Of a stretch of 64,000 nt of DNA, positions 20,818-32,333 are shown piece after piece. The DNA comes from an uncultured Chloroflexia bacterium (GTDB lineage Bacteria > Chloroflexota > Limnocylindria > Limnocylindrales > CSP1-4), in NCBI GenBank assembly GCA_963726055.1, contig CAVSAP010000006.1, positions 1,184,884-1,248,883 on the forward strand, read 5' to 3'. Under the pieces are notes generated by a model. It ran no database searches, was not told the origin of the DNA, and saw only the letters and a program-made list of their open reading frames with translations. Every line of letters starts with the position of its first letter. Position 1 is the stretch's first letter. The translations under genes were made by a program, and so were the position numbers.

Positions 20818-21639
20818 CTATTCGCCGAGGATTGCGGCCGTTACCTCGTCGGGGCGATAGCGCATCAGGTTGTGGCCCGTCGCCTCCAGCATCCTGACAT
20901 CGATCGACGGCAGGTCCGCACCCGGCGGCGGGGACGTCGCGGCGAGGGCGACGATCGGAGCCTGGACTTGGCGGAGGGTGGCGGCCGGCCGGTAGGCGAA
21001 CATCGCCTCGACGCAGGCGGCGACGACATGTGGCCTCGTCGCCGACACGAGGCGGCCGGCCGCAGTCTCGACGACGGCCGCCCGAGCCGCCGCCTCCTGG
21101 TCCGCGTCCCAGGTCGCCGGGTCGAAACCCGCTCGATCGGCCAGGTAGGCCCTCATCGACCGCAGGACCTCGGGCGGCTCATCGAGGCCGCGGAGGAACT
21201 CATCGGGTTCCATCCCGGTCGATGCCGCGATGTCCTCCCAGCCGCCGTCCACGAGCACCAGCCGCCGGCAGCGGTCCCCGAGGGCCGCCGCCGCGCTGGC
21301 CGCGACGATGCCACCGAACCCATGTCCGGCGAGGACGACGCCCGCGGCCTCGAGCGCACCTGACCCTTCGGCCACGGCGATCACGTCGGCGCCGAGAATC
21401 TCCGGCTCGTAACGCTCGGTCGGCGAATCGGAGAGGCCGTGACCCCGCAGGTCCATCGCGATCGTCCGGCGGGCCTCCGCGACGCGGCGGGCGACCGGAG
21501 TCCAGGACCAAGCCGTGCTCGAGAGGCCGTGGACCAGGACGACTCCTGGCATTCCCGACCCGTCCCAATCGAGAAAATGAATGCGATCACCCGTGTCGGA
21601 GACGACGACGAATCCGGCCGGCTCGCTGGTCGCATCCAC
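20818..21639 (-). CDS. Alpha/beta hydrolase fold protein
   Basis: VLVHGL, DLRGHG.SD, GHGFGG (Gly at the usual nucleophile Ser), GH; leaderless GTG 21639. Confidence 0.8.
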   Translation of the reverse strand: MDATSEPAGFVVVSDTGDRIHFLDWDGSGMPGVVLVHGLSSTAWSWTPVARRVAEARRTIAMDLRGHGLSDSPTERYEPEILGADVIAVAEGSGALEAAGVVLAGHGFGGIVAASAAAALGDRCRRLVLVDGGWEDIAASTGMEPDEFLRGLDEPPEVLRSMRAYLADRAGFDPATWDADQEAAARAAVVETAAGRLVSATRPHVVAACVEAMFAYRPAATLRQVQAPIVALAATSPPPGADLPSIDVRMLEATGHNLMRYRPDEVTAAILGE

Positions 21640-21658
21640 GCGGCTAGGATAGAAGGCC

Positions 21659-22066
21659 ATGCCGAAGCGCCGTCGCGGATCCCGTTCTCGTTCGACGCGC
21701 GGTCAGCATGTCGGCTTCGAACGGCTGGTCGAGCGTGCCCTCGCCGGGATCCCATCGCCCTTCCGCGAATGCCTCGCCGAAGTCGCAATCGTGATCGACG
21801 ACGAGCCGACGAGGGACCAGCTCGTCCACAACGAGCTCGATCCGAACGACACCCTGTACGGCCTGTACGAAGGTGTGCCGCGGACCGAGTACGGCGCCGA
21901 CTGGCTCGCCGCCCCGAACCGAATCACGCTGTTTCGGCTCCCGCTCGAGGAGGATTTTCCCGATCCGGACGACCTCGCGGAGGAAGTCCGGATCACCGTC
22001 ATCCACGAACTGGCCCATCACCTCGGGATCGACGATGACCGCCTCGGCGAGCTGGGTATCGACTGA
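21659..22066 (+). CDS. Zincin-like metallopeptidase (minimal zincin/DUF1025 type)
   Basis: GLYEGVP, ITLFR.P, TVIHELAHHLG. Confidence 0.88.
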   Translation: MPKRRRGSRSRSTRGQHVGFERLVERALAGIPSPFRECLAEVAIVIDDEPTRDQLVHNELDPNDTLYGLYEGVPRTEYGADWLAAPNRITLFRLPLEEDFPDPDDLAEEVRITVIHELAHHLGIDDDRLGELGID

Positions 22067-22096
22067 GGGAGGCTCCCGTGGTTCCTGCCGTCGACC

Positions 22097-23209
22097 TCAG
22101 CCGAGCGCGAGAATTGCGAGGACTCCGGCCAGGACGCCGACAAAGATCCCGATCTCCATCGGGATGCTGACCCAACGCTCCGACCGCTTGCCGTCGGACG
22201 GCCCTCGTGATCGATCGAGCCCGGCTCCGTAGCCGGTGATCCCGAGGAAGGCCACGACCTGGGGGGCACCGCGCAGCGCGGCGAGCGTGAACGTCAGGGA
22301 CCCAAGCGCGAGGACCCCGGCGAGGACGAGGACCGTGAGGGCGAGGGTGCCTGCCGTCGAATCGAAGCCGAGGTGCAGCGTGCTTCCGAACCGCGAGAGC
22401 AGGTCGACCGCGACGCCCGTCGCGAAGAGCTCGATGTAGCTGATCGCCGCGCCGATGGCCGAGACCACGATCGCCAACCGCCAGCTCGCACGAGCGAGCA
22501 CGGTTGACCGCCGTACGGCCTCGCTCGCGCCCACGTCGCCCAGGACGATCCCGCTGACGATGTAGATGAACGGCGCGCCGATCACGGCGCCGACGGCGGT
22601 GACGATCACGGTCGGGGCCTCGGAGGTTGCGCCGAACACCGATTGCAGCCAGAAATTCAGGATGACGGTCGGGACGAGCAGGATCAGGAAGACAAGGATC
22701 GATGCGCGAACGACCCGCCAGAACACCTGGCGCGAGCGGCGAAGGGCCTCGCGCATCGTCATCGGCCGGCCGAGGGCTCGTCCGCCCAGGATGGCGGCGG
22801 CCATGATCTGGCTCTCGACGGTCACGACCATCAGGCCCAGCACCGCCACGATGCCGCTGACCGACAGGAACGACCAGAAGCTGTCCGGAACCGCGATGAT
22901 CGAAGGCGACAGGCCGCTCAACGCCTCAGGAATCCAGTCGAAGCCGCCCTGAACGGCGCCGAACGCAAGGACGGTGACCACGAACGGCCCGACGAGCAGG
23001 AGCGTCAGCAAGCCGATGTACAGCGATGCACGTCGAAGCTCGCCGCTGGCCAGGAGGCTCAGGTCGAGACCGCCGCTGACTGTTGCCCTGGCGCGGGGCA
23101 TCGGCCTGATCGTCGGCGGAGCTTCCGCCGCTGGTTCGATGACCGGCGACGCGGGAACGCCGGCCGCGGCTGGGCTCAGGGCCGGCTCGATCCCGTCCTC
23201 GTTCATCAC
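22097..23209 (-). CDS. Multi-pass membrane protein
   Basis: About 7 TM segments, repeated EALRRS/EAVRRS; overlaps the upstream stop. Confidence 0.75.
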   Translation of the reverse strand: MMNEDGIEPALSPAAAGVPASPVIEPAAEAPPTIRPMPRARATVSGGLDLSLLASGELRRASLYIGLLTLLLVGPFVVTVLAFGAVQGGFDWIPEALSGLSPSIIAVPDSFWSFLSVSGIVAVLGLMVVTVESQIMAAAILGGRALGRPMTMREALRRSRQVFWRVVRASILVFLILLVPTVILNFWLQSVFGATSEAPTVIVTAVGAVIGAPFIYIVSGIVLGDVGASEAVRRSTVLARASWRLAIVVSAIGAAISYIELFATGVAVDLLSRFGSTLHLGFDSTAGTLALTVLVLAGVLALGSLTFTLAALRGAPQVVAFLGITGYGAGLDRSRGPSDGKRSERWVSIPMEIGIFVGVLAGVLAILALG

Positions 23210-24246
23210 GATGGCCCACCACCCGACGACTCGGCCGGAAAGGGCGCGGCGGCCGCGAGCAGCTCGCCCAGGCGCGACACCTCGACGTTGCCCCCGGAGG
23301 CGACGACACAGACCCGCTCCCCGTCGCGGATCGGGACACGGTTGTACAGCACGGCGGCGAGGGCGGCCGCACCGGCCGGCTCGAGCACCTGCTTCATCCG
23401 TTCGGCCGCGAAGCGCAGCCCGCCGAGGATCGTCGGGTCATCGAGGAGGACGATCCCGTCGAGGTAGCGCCGGCACATCGCGAGCGTCCAGACCCCCGCA
23501 AACGGCGCACCGAGCCCGTCGGCAACGCTCTTCGGCCGGATCTGGACGACCTCGCCGGCCGCGATCGCGAGCTGGACGGCGTTCGACTCCACCGGCTCCA
23601 CACCGAAGACACGGGTGGCCGGGCGGGATTCCTTGATCGCCGCGGCGATGCCGGAGATCAGTCCGCCGCCGCCGACCCCGACGACGACGACGTCGACATC
23701 GGGCAGGTCCTCGAGGATCTCCAGCCCGATGGGACCGTGGCCGGCGATCACCTCTGGATCGTCGAAGGGGTGGACGAACGTCAGGCCCCGCTGATCGCGG
23801 ACTCGCCCCATCTCGGCAAACGTCTCGCCGACGTCGGCGCCGTGGAGGATGACCTCGGCGCCGTAGTCGAGGCACGCCTCGACCTTCGATCGGACCGAGG
23901 CCGCGGGCATCACGACGGTGACGGCGACACCGGCGGCCCGCCCCGCCCAGGCGTAGGCCTGTGCCGCATTGCCTGCCGAGAGCGTGATGACGCCGCGCCG
24001 CCGCTGGTCGTCGGTCAGGGTCAGGATCCGGTTCGTGAGACCGCGGGCCTTGAACGAACCCGTCTTCTGGAGGTGCTCGGCCTTCATGTAGAGCCGGCCG
24101 TCGGCGAGCGCGCCGCCCCCGGCCGCGCGGACGAATCGCGGCGCGGTCGAAGACGAGAGCATCGCGGTTCGATGGACGCGGTCGCCGATGCGGGCGCGCG
24201 CGGCCGCGATTTCGGCCAGGCCGACACTTCGCTCGGTGGTCTCCAT
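23206..24246 (-). CDS. PLP-dependent threonine/serine dehydratase
   Basis: KAEHLQKTGSFKARG, SAGN, HPFDD, GGGGL, EPAGA, SGGN. Confidence 0.92.
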   Translation of the reverse strand: METTERSVGLAEIAAARARIGDRVHRTAMLSSSTAPRFVRAAGGGALADGRLYMKAEHLQKTGSFKARGLTNRILTLTDDQRRRGVITLSAGNAAQAYAWAGRAAGVAVTVVMPAASVRSKVEACLDYGAEVILHGADVGETFAEMGRVRDQRGLTFVHPFDDPEVIAGHGPIGLEILEDLPDVDVVVVGVGGGGLISGIAAAIKESRPATRVFGVEPVESNAVQLAIAAGEVVQIRPKSVADGLGAPFAGVWTLAMCRRYLDGIVLLDDPTILGGLRFAAERMKQVLEPAGAAALAAVLYNRVPIRDGERVCVVASGGNVEVSRLGELLAAAAPFPAESSGGGPS

Positions 24247-24302
24247 CGACCCGAGTATGTCAGAGGGCGTCGGGGAACTGCCCTTGCCCAGGAGTCAGCG
24301 GG

Positions 24303-25538
24303 TCAACGGTACTCAGCGACCACTGCCCAGATGTCCCCGGAGCCGAGGTCGGTCACGTACAGCGTGCCGTCCTGGCCCTCGCCGAACGAGCTGATCGAAA
24401 GATTCGTGTCGGCCATGAGGACAGGCGCCTGCGAGGCTGGCCCGTGGGCCTTGAGCGCCCAGATACGACCGGAACAGAAGTCGCCGAACAGGTAGCCGCC
24501 GACGAGACCCCGGTACGCGAGCCCGCGATAGACGTAGCCGCCCGTCACGGAGCAGCCGAGGCTGTGGCTGTAGACCGCGATCGGCGGGGTCTTGCCGGAC
24601 GTGCTGCAGCCGCTCGACGGGTTGAAGCAGCTATTGCCTTCGAGCACGCGCCAGCCGTAGTTGACCGCTCGGCCGGCGTCCGGCGCCGTCGAGCGGTTGA
24701 TCTCCTCGTACCGGTTCTGGCCGACGTCGCCGATCCACAGATCGCCGGTCCGGCGATCGAACGAGAACCGCCACGGGTTGCGGACGCCGAACGACCAGAT
24801 CTCGTCGAGGCCGGCTGTCGCGCCCGCATATGGGTTCCCGGCCGGGATCGCGTACTGCTTTCCGGCAGCCGTGTTGTCGATATCGATCCTGAGGATCTTG
24901 CCGAGCAGGTACGTGAGTTGCTGGGCGCGGTTGCCCGGATCGCCGCTGCTCCCACCGTCTCCCATCCCGATGTAGAGGTAGCGATCGGGCCCGAACGCGA
25001 GCATGCCGCCGTTGTGATTCGAGTACGGCTGGTCGATCGTCAGCAGGATCCGGCCCGTCGTGTTGGCGACGTTGGGGTTCGACGTGCGGGTGTACTCGGC
25101 CACGACCGTGTCGCCCGAGGTGTTCGTGTAGTTCACGTAGAACTTGCGGTTCGTTGCGTAGTCCGGGTGGAATGCGAGCCCGAGGAGCCCGCGCTCCGAG
25201 CCCTTCGATACCTTGGCCGTCAGGTTGAGGAACGGCGTCGAGAGGACGGTGCCGTTCAACAGGATCTTGATGCGCCCGTCCTGCTCGACGATGAACAGGC
25301 GGCCGTTGTTGTCGCCCGAATGCGTGATGAAGACCGGCTTCGACAGGTTGCGGGCGACTCGAGAGAACGAGATCCGGATCTTCGTCGCGTCGAAGTCGAG
25401 CCCGGATGGCGGCCGTCCGCTCACGATCACGTCGCGGGGCGGACCGCCGGCCAGCGTCAGCTGGACGCCGATGACCGGCACGAGAACGAGCGCGAGGAGG
25501 GTGGCCCGAGCGGCAGAGGGCGTTCGAACGGGCGGCAC
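24303..25538 (-). CDS. Secreted PQQ-dependent glucose/sorbosone dehydrogenase family protein
   Basis: ERGLLGLAFHP, NHNGG, GDGG, GVRNPWRFSFD, DVGQ..YEEIN; AAGGAG before GTG 25538. Confidence 0.9.
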   Translation of the reverse strand: MPPVRTPSAARATLLALVLVPVIGVQLTLAGGPPRDVIVSGRPPSGLDFDATKIRISFSRVARNLSKPVFITHSGDNNGRLFIVEQDGRIKILLNGTVLSTPFLNLTAKVSKGSERGLLGLAFHPDYATNRKFYVNYTNTSGDTVVAEYTRTSNPNVANTTGRILLTIDQPYSNHNGGMLAFGPDRYLYIGMGDGGSSGDPGNRAQQLTYLLGKILRIDIDNTAAGKQYAIPAGNPYAGATAGLDEIWSFGVRNPWRFSFDRRTGDLWIGDVGQNRYEEINRSTAPDAGRAVNYGWRVLEGNSCFNPSSGCSTSGKTPPIAVYSHSLGCSVTGGYVYRGLAYRGLVGGYLFGDFCSGRIWALKAHGPASQAPVLMADTNLSISSFGEGQDGTLYVTDLGSGDIWAVVAEYR

Positions 25539-25735
25539 GGCTTCTCCTTCGGTCTGACCCAGTCGAGTCGACCCCAGGAAAAGAGGCGCTGCATGGGACG
25601 GTAGAGGGTCTACCATACAGCCACGCCCGGCCGGCTCGAGACCAAGTTGACCCCGGTCCGGCCGGCGACGCGCCACAGGCCAGAGCTACCTCGCGACTTT
25701 GCGGGCCGGCACCGGGCCCGCTGTCGGAGGTCGCC

Positions 25736-26689
25736 ATGACCATCCATCGCCACACGACCCGCCGCACGGCCAGGATGGGCCTCGCCGCGGGCGCGGTTGC
25801 GCTCGCGGCGCTTGTCTGCCTGCTCGCCGTCGGCGCTGCGGTCGCCCGGGCCGCCCCGGCCGAACTCCTGCCGGACCTGTCGATGACGCGACCAAGCAGC
25901 CTCCGGATCCAGACGTCAGGATCGTCGCGACTGCTCCGGATGTCGACGACGATCGTCAACATCGGCCGCGGGCCGTTCGAGACACGCGCCTCGCGGCGGT
26001 CGACATCGGTTCCGACGATGCACGTCAGCCAGCGGATCTACGACACGGCCGGCGGGACGCGCGTCAACGAGACGACGGAGATCGCGAAGTACGCCGGCGA
26101 CGGCCACAATCACTGGCACGTCCAGCATGTCGCCGTTTACGAGCTCTACGCGGCGACGGGCGGCGGGTCGGTCCTGCGGCGCGACAGCAAGGTCGGCTAC
26201 TGCTTCTTCGACACGAACGCCTACCGGCTCTCGCTGCCGGGGGCACCACGGAGCAAGCAGTACGCCTCGAGCGGCTGCGGGACGCAGTCGTCGCTCTTCA
26301 TCAAGAACGGCATCTCCGTGGGCTGGTCCGACGTATACCCGTGGAATATCGGATTGCAATGGATCAACGTCACCGGGATCCCGGCCGGCGAGTACCTGCT
26401 CAAGCTCACCGCCAATCCGAACGGACAGTTCGAGGAGCTGAGCACGAAGAACAACTGCAACTGGACGCGCATCAGGATTCCGAAGAGTGGTTCCACCGTC
26501 AGCGTCCTCGACCATGGCTCGGGCTGCGTGCTGCCCGGCAGCACCCCGCCCGCCCCAACCCCGATCCCGACCGGCAAGGTCATCATCCCGCCGCGGCCGC
26601 CGGCCGACACATTCGCCGCCGATGAAATCGCCGTTGTCAATGCTGGTAACGGGTTCCTCTGCCGGCTGCCCATCGCGAGCGAGGCCTGA
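25736..26689 (+). CDS. Secreted lysyl oxidase family protein
   Basis: Signal peptide; LPDL, GHNHWH, SKVGYCFFD, GISVGWSDVY, QWINVT, NPNGQFEE...NN match the LOX catalytic pattern. Confidence 0.8.
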   Translation: MTIHRHTTRRTARMGLAAGAVALAALVCLLAVGAAVARAAPAELLPDLSMTRPSSLRIQTSGSSRLLRMSTTIVNIGRGPFETRASRRSTSVPTMHVSQRIYDTAGGTRVNETTEIAKYAGDGHNHWHVQHVAVYELYAATGGGSVLRRDSKVGYCFFDTNAYRLSLPGAPRSKQYASSGCGTQSSLFIKNGISVGWSDVYPWNIGLQWINVTGIPAGEYLLKLTANPNGQFEELSTKNNCNWTRIRIPKSGSTVSVLDHGSGCVLPGSTPPAPTPIPTGKVIIPPRPPADTFAADEIAVVNAGNGFLCRLPIASEA

Positions 26690-26724
26690 CCAAGGACGAT
26701 TCAGGACCAGCTGGACCTGGTAAC

Positions 26725-26744
26725 ACTTGCGTGCTTGCGCAAGT
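26725..26744. promoter_or_regulatory. Candidate ArsR operator over the promoter
   Basis: ACTTGCG-N6-CGCAAGT overlapping TTGCGT-N17-CATGAT, 6 nt before the arsR-like GTG. Confidence 0.65.
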
Positions 26745-26761
26745 AGTGACATGATTGACGA

Positions 26762-27070
26762 GTGTTGGAAACCGCGATCCAGCCCTCGAGTGAGTACGAC
26801 AGGCAGCGATACGCCGCCGTTGGTCGGGCGTTGGCAGATCCCAAGCGCCTGTGCGTGCTCGAGACACTGGCCGCGGGCGAGCTCTCGGTGAGCGACCTCT
26901 CGGCAACGGTCGGTTGCCAGGTTCCCAACATGAGCCAGCACCTCGCGGTGCTACGGAGTGCCGGACTCGTCCAGAGCCGGCGCGAAGGCAGCTCTGTCTA
27001 TTACCGCCTCGCGGACGTTCGGGTTCTCGAGGCCTATCGGCTCATCCAGGGACTCGCCCTGAAGGGTTGA
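26762..27070 (+). CDS. ArsR/SmtB family regulator
   Basis: ALADPKRL, SVSDL, MSQHLAVLR..GLV...REG..VYY. Confidence 0.9.
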   Translation: MLETAIQPSSEYDRQRYAAVGRALADPKRLCVLETLAAGELSVSDLSATVGCQVPNMSQHLAVLRSAGLVQSRREGSSVYYRLADVRVLEAYRLIQGLALKG

Positions 27071-27104
27071 ACCGCGTCGAAACGCGGGAAAGGAACATCG
27101 TCCA

Positions 27105-27473
27105 ATGGTGGAAATCAAGCACGCGACCGATTCGACGTTCGAGGAGCTCGTCCTGAAGAGTGAGCGGCCCGTCGTCGTCGACTTCTGGGCGACCTGGTGC
27201 GGGCCCTGCAAGATGGTCGCGCCGGAGCTCGAGAAGCTCGCCGAGAAGTACGAGGGCTCGGTCGATGTCGTCAAGGTCGACGTCGATGCCAACCCCGGCC
27301 TCTCCCAGGCCTTCAACATCCTCAGCATCCCGACGATCGCCTTCTTCCAGCCCGGCAAGCAGCCGATGGGGGTCGCCGGCTTCAAGCCGCTCGAGCAGCT
27401 CGAGGTCCATTTCGGACTCGCCCAGTACGCGACTGAGCCGAGCGTTGCCGAGGTGACTACGACGGAGAACTGA
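27105..27473 (+). CDS. trxA: Thioredoxin
   Basis: VDFWATWCGPCK, SIPT. Confidence 0.93.
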   Translation: MVEIKHATDSTFEELVLKSERPVVVDFWATWCGPCKMVAPELEKLAEKYEGSVDVVKVDVDANPGLSQAFNILSIPTIAFFQPGKQPMGVAGFKPLEQLEVHFGLAQYATEPSVAEVTTTEN

Positions 27474-27487
27474 TCCCTTGTAGCGGA

Positions 27488-27811
27488 TCAGCTCTCATCG
27501 CGGGCGCGGCGCCAGGCGCTCGCCAACCAGGCCTCGGCCCGGTCGATCGCGTGGCCGTCGAGCTCGTCCGGCGCGAAGGCCACCCAATCCGGGCCCCGCG
27601 CTGATCTCTCTGTCCCCGGTGTCCGAAGGGCAGCGTCGACGACCGGGCGAGCGAGACGGTACTCCGCCCGATCTCCGCTGACGGCGGCGAAGACAGTCCC
27701 GTGAATCGACCACTCGAGCGCCGGGCCGCGCTCGTGACGGTCGACGCCGCTCAGGTCTGCGGTCGCCATCTCCATCAGCGCTCCAAGGCCGCCGGCCGCG
27801 CCGTCCGTCAT
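27488..27811 (-). CDS. Hypothetical protein (YjbR/TfoX-like fold possible)
   Basis: 107-aa ORF from ATG 27811 with TACCAT 6 nt upstream; FAAV..AEYRL..W...AW pattern. Confidence 0.65.
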   Translation of the reverse strand: MTDGAAGGLGALMEMATADLSGVDRHERGPALEWSIHGTVFAAVSGDRAEYRLARPVVDAALRTPGTERSARGPDWVAFAPDELDGHAIDRAEAWLASAWRRARDES

Positions 27812-27893
27812 GGCGGCATGGTAGACGCGAACCGCGGCCAACACGGTCGACCGACGGATTCTCGGCGCGCCAGGGTCGGCATAATGGCCCGCA

Positions 27894-30215
27894 ATGAGAG
27901 CCACGAAGACGTCGGCCCAGCTGTCGTTCCTCGAGAATGCCGTCCGCTCCGTCGAGCGCGGACAGACCCCCGAGGACGCCACCGCACTGGATCCCAACAA
28001 GACGGGCGTGGTGTTCGTTCACGGAATCGGCTCACAGGTGCCGGGCGAGACGCTGCTTCAGTGGTCGGCGCCGATCATCCAGTCCCTGACGGCCTGGCGC
28101 GTCAATACCGGCGCGACGGACGCGCCGATCGACCCCGTGGCACGCGCGGAGGTGAATTTCGGCGACGGACTGTCCGCGATCGAGCTGCGGATCCCGCCGG
28201 CGGCCGGCAGCACCGAGCACCGCCACTGGGTCCTGACGGAGGCGTGGTGGGGGTCGTCCGTTGCGCCGCCCAGCCTCGGGACGATGACCACGTGGCTGGG
28301 TCCGCAGGGTGCTTCCGGCCGGATCGTCGCCGGGGTCCTCGGCAACCCGGAACCTGGGGGTCCGGTCACCGGCGGCATGATCAAGTTGGCCCAGATCCTC
28401 CTCGTGCCGTTCGTGTCCGTACTCGCGGCGCTGGTCCTGACGATGTTCGCGCTCCTGCGCGGCATCTCGAGGATCATCCCGATCAAGGCGGTCAAGGAAT
28501 CCGCGATTCTCACGTCATTCGACACCTTCCTGACGGGCTGGTTCGGGGACATCAGGGTCCTTCTCTACGATCCGGCCCAATCGGCAAACATCCGCGGCGG
28601 GCTCGCCCGGGCGATCCGCGCGCTGCGGGCGCAGGGTTGCGGGCGGATGGTCATCGTCGCCCACTCCGGCGGTGTCATGGTCAGTTTCCTGACGCTGACC
28701 GACCCGGCCCTGTCCGACGTCCAGGTCGACAAGCTGATCACGTTCGGTGAGGGCTGGAATCTCGCCCTGCGACTGTCGCCTCGCGACCCTCCCGACGGCT
28801 CGGGGATGGCGGATCGGCTTCGTGAGGACATCACGCGGACCCAGGGCCGTCTTCGCTGGCGCGACTTCTGGGGGACCAACGACCCGGCCCCCGACGGTCC
28901 GCTCCTGCTCGACGAAATCGGCCAGCTGGCGCGGCCCGACGCCATCCGGAGCGGCAAGGTCTGGAACCGCCGCAGCCTCCTGGACGACCATGGAACGTAC
29001 TGGACGAACGACGAAGAGTTCGTCATTCCGGTCCTGCGCGAGATCGATGTCCCGGACGGCTGGGGCGAGAACTCGATCTTCTACCCGCCCGACCAGGATT
29101 CCGAGGAAGCGCGGGCGGCCGCATGGGCGGCAGACGCAGCCGCTGCGCCGCCCGCCGCATGGCCACCGGCCGGAGGCGTCGAGCCCGGCCCTCGAGCCGT
29201 CCGCCACCGCCAGCGCGTGGCGACCCTCGCGATGTGGCGGCAGACGGCGATCGCCGTGGGCGTCGCGGTCATCGCCATCGCCCTTGCCAACTTCCCGAAT
29301 CGGCTGATCGAGATCGGGCACGAGGCCGCGGCCATCATCGGAAGGATCCCGGGCGTATCGCTCCTGTTTGGATTGATCGATTGGCTGAACGCGCTCGATA
29401 CCCACACGATCATGATCGAGGTGGGTCCCATCAGCTTCAACCTGATCCAGACCATGGAGTACGTGGGGATTGGCGTCCTCCAGGCCGTCGTGATCATCTC
29501 GATCATCCAGTTGATGTCGTCCTGGGTTCGCGGCTTCTCGGCCTGGCCGAATACTGCTCCGACATACTTCGCGGCGTTCGTGCTCGAGGCGTTGCTCTTC
29601 GCCCTGCTCTTCTTCGGCCTGAGCCAGGTGCTCACCGGAGAGGACACCGGACAACTGCTCGGCAAAGGCCTGCCTGCTTGGCAGCCGGGCCTGATCGTGA
29701 CGGCGGCCGTCGGCATCCTCGCCGTCGGAGGGTCGCAGCTCGCTCGTCAGATCGGCAGTCCCGCGGCGACACGCGCCTTCGGAATCGTGGGCGCCGTGGT
29801 ATTCATCGTCGCGATGGCCTGTGCGGTGGTCGGGATCTTCGGGCCGGTTGGACTGCCGGACGCGGAAGTCGCCTATGTCGTGATCTGGGTCGTGTTCGCC
29901 GTGATGTACAAGCTGGGCATGTCGCGGTGGAAGCACTGGGACAGCCTCGAGCGGCAGATCGCGTGCGAGGCGGTCGCCGCCAGGCCGGTGAATCGATGGC
30001 CCGCCTACCTGACCAGCCTCGCGCTGCTGCTCACGACCGGCGCGGTTTCCATCGCGATCCTCGGTTGGCCGGATTGGTCGAACTTCGTGGTCGCCCTGCT
30101 CGTACTCGCGATCGGCGTTGCCTCGGCCGCCTACATCGTTGGCACGGCGACGTCACGTGGTCGACGCGACGCGAATGCCTCTCCGGATCCGATCGAGACC
30201 GCGACGCGAGCCTGA
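27894..30215 (+). CDS. N-terminal alpha/beta-hydrolase-like domain plus multi-TM C-terminus
   Basis: VFVHGIG, VAHSGG, DPAP, DHGTYW, then about 9 hydrophobic segments. Confidence 0.75.
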   Translation: MRATKTSAQLSFLENAVRSVERGQTPEDATALDPNKTGVVFVHGIGSQVPGETLLQWSAPIIQSLTAWRVNTGATDAPIDPVARAEVNFGDGLSAIELRIPPAAGSTEHRHWVLTEAWWGSSVAPPSLGTMTTWLGPQGASGRIVAGVLGNPEPGGPVTGGMIKLAQILLVPFVSVLAALVLTMFALLRGISRIIPIKAVKESAILTSFDTFLTGWFGDIRVLLYDPAQSANIRGGLARAIRALRAQGCGRMVIVAHSGGVMVSFLTLTDPALSDVQVDKLITFGEGWNLALRLSPRDPPDGSGMADRLREDITRTQGRLRWRDFWGTNDPAPDGPLLLDEIGQLARPDAIRSGKVWNRRSLLDDHGTYWTNDEEFVIPVLREIDVPDGWGENSIFYPPDQDSEEARAAAWAADAAAAPPAAWPPAGGVEPGPRAVRHRQRVATLAMWRQTAIAVGVAVIAIALANFPNRLIEIGHEAAAIIGRIPGVSLLFGLIDWLNALDTHTIMIEVGPISFNLIQTMEYVGIGVLQAVVIISIIQLMSSWVRGFSAWPNTAPTYFAAFVLEALLFALLFFGLSQVLTGEDTGQLLGKGLPAWQPGLIVTAAVGILAVGGSQLARQIGSPAATRAFGIVGAVVFIVAMACAVVGIFGPVGLPDAEVAYVVIWVVFAVMYKLGMSRWKHWDSLERQIACEAVAARPVNRWPAYLTSLALLLTTGAVSIAILGWPDWSNFVVALLVLAIGVASAAYIVGTATSRGRRDANASPDPIETATRA

Positions 30216-30230
30216 CGGCGCGGGCGATTC

Positions 30231-31997
<1,767 letters not shown>

Positions 31998-32063
31998 GGC
32001 GGCGACTCTAGCATGAGCACGAGGCAGCTTCGGGAACCCGGCTTCAGGGTTCGCGGGCCGGGC

Positions 32064-32237
32064 TCAATCCGGGTCGGGGCGGTCGGGCGAACCCGGCGAG
32101 TCGGTAGGCTCGGTTGGTTGCTGCCTCCGCCCGACCAGGGCACGGACGAGCAGGAACACCTCGAGCGCCGTCAGGACCGGCAGAAGCCGGCGCGGCAGGA
32201 ATCGAAAGAGTGCGGCACGGGCAACCCAGAGGATCAT
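32064..32237 (-). CDS. Small 57-aa protein absent from the ORF track
   Basis: MILWVARAALFRFLPRRLLPVLTALEVFLLVRALVGRRQQPTEPTDSPGSPDRPDPD*; TAAGCT 6 nt before ATG. Confidence 0.6.
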   Translation of the reverse strand: MILWVARAALFRFLPRRLLPVLTALEVFLLVRALVGRRQQPTEPTDSPGSPDRPDPD

Positions 32238-32333
32238 TCGCGCAGCTTAGACCCGCCGCGGGCAGCCCAGAGGTTTCCGGGCGCCGCAGGACGTGTCGGG
32301 AGCCTTGCGGTACCAGCCCGAATGGTCCCCGCC

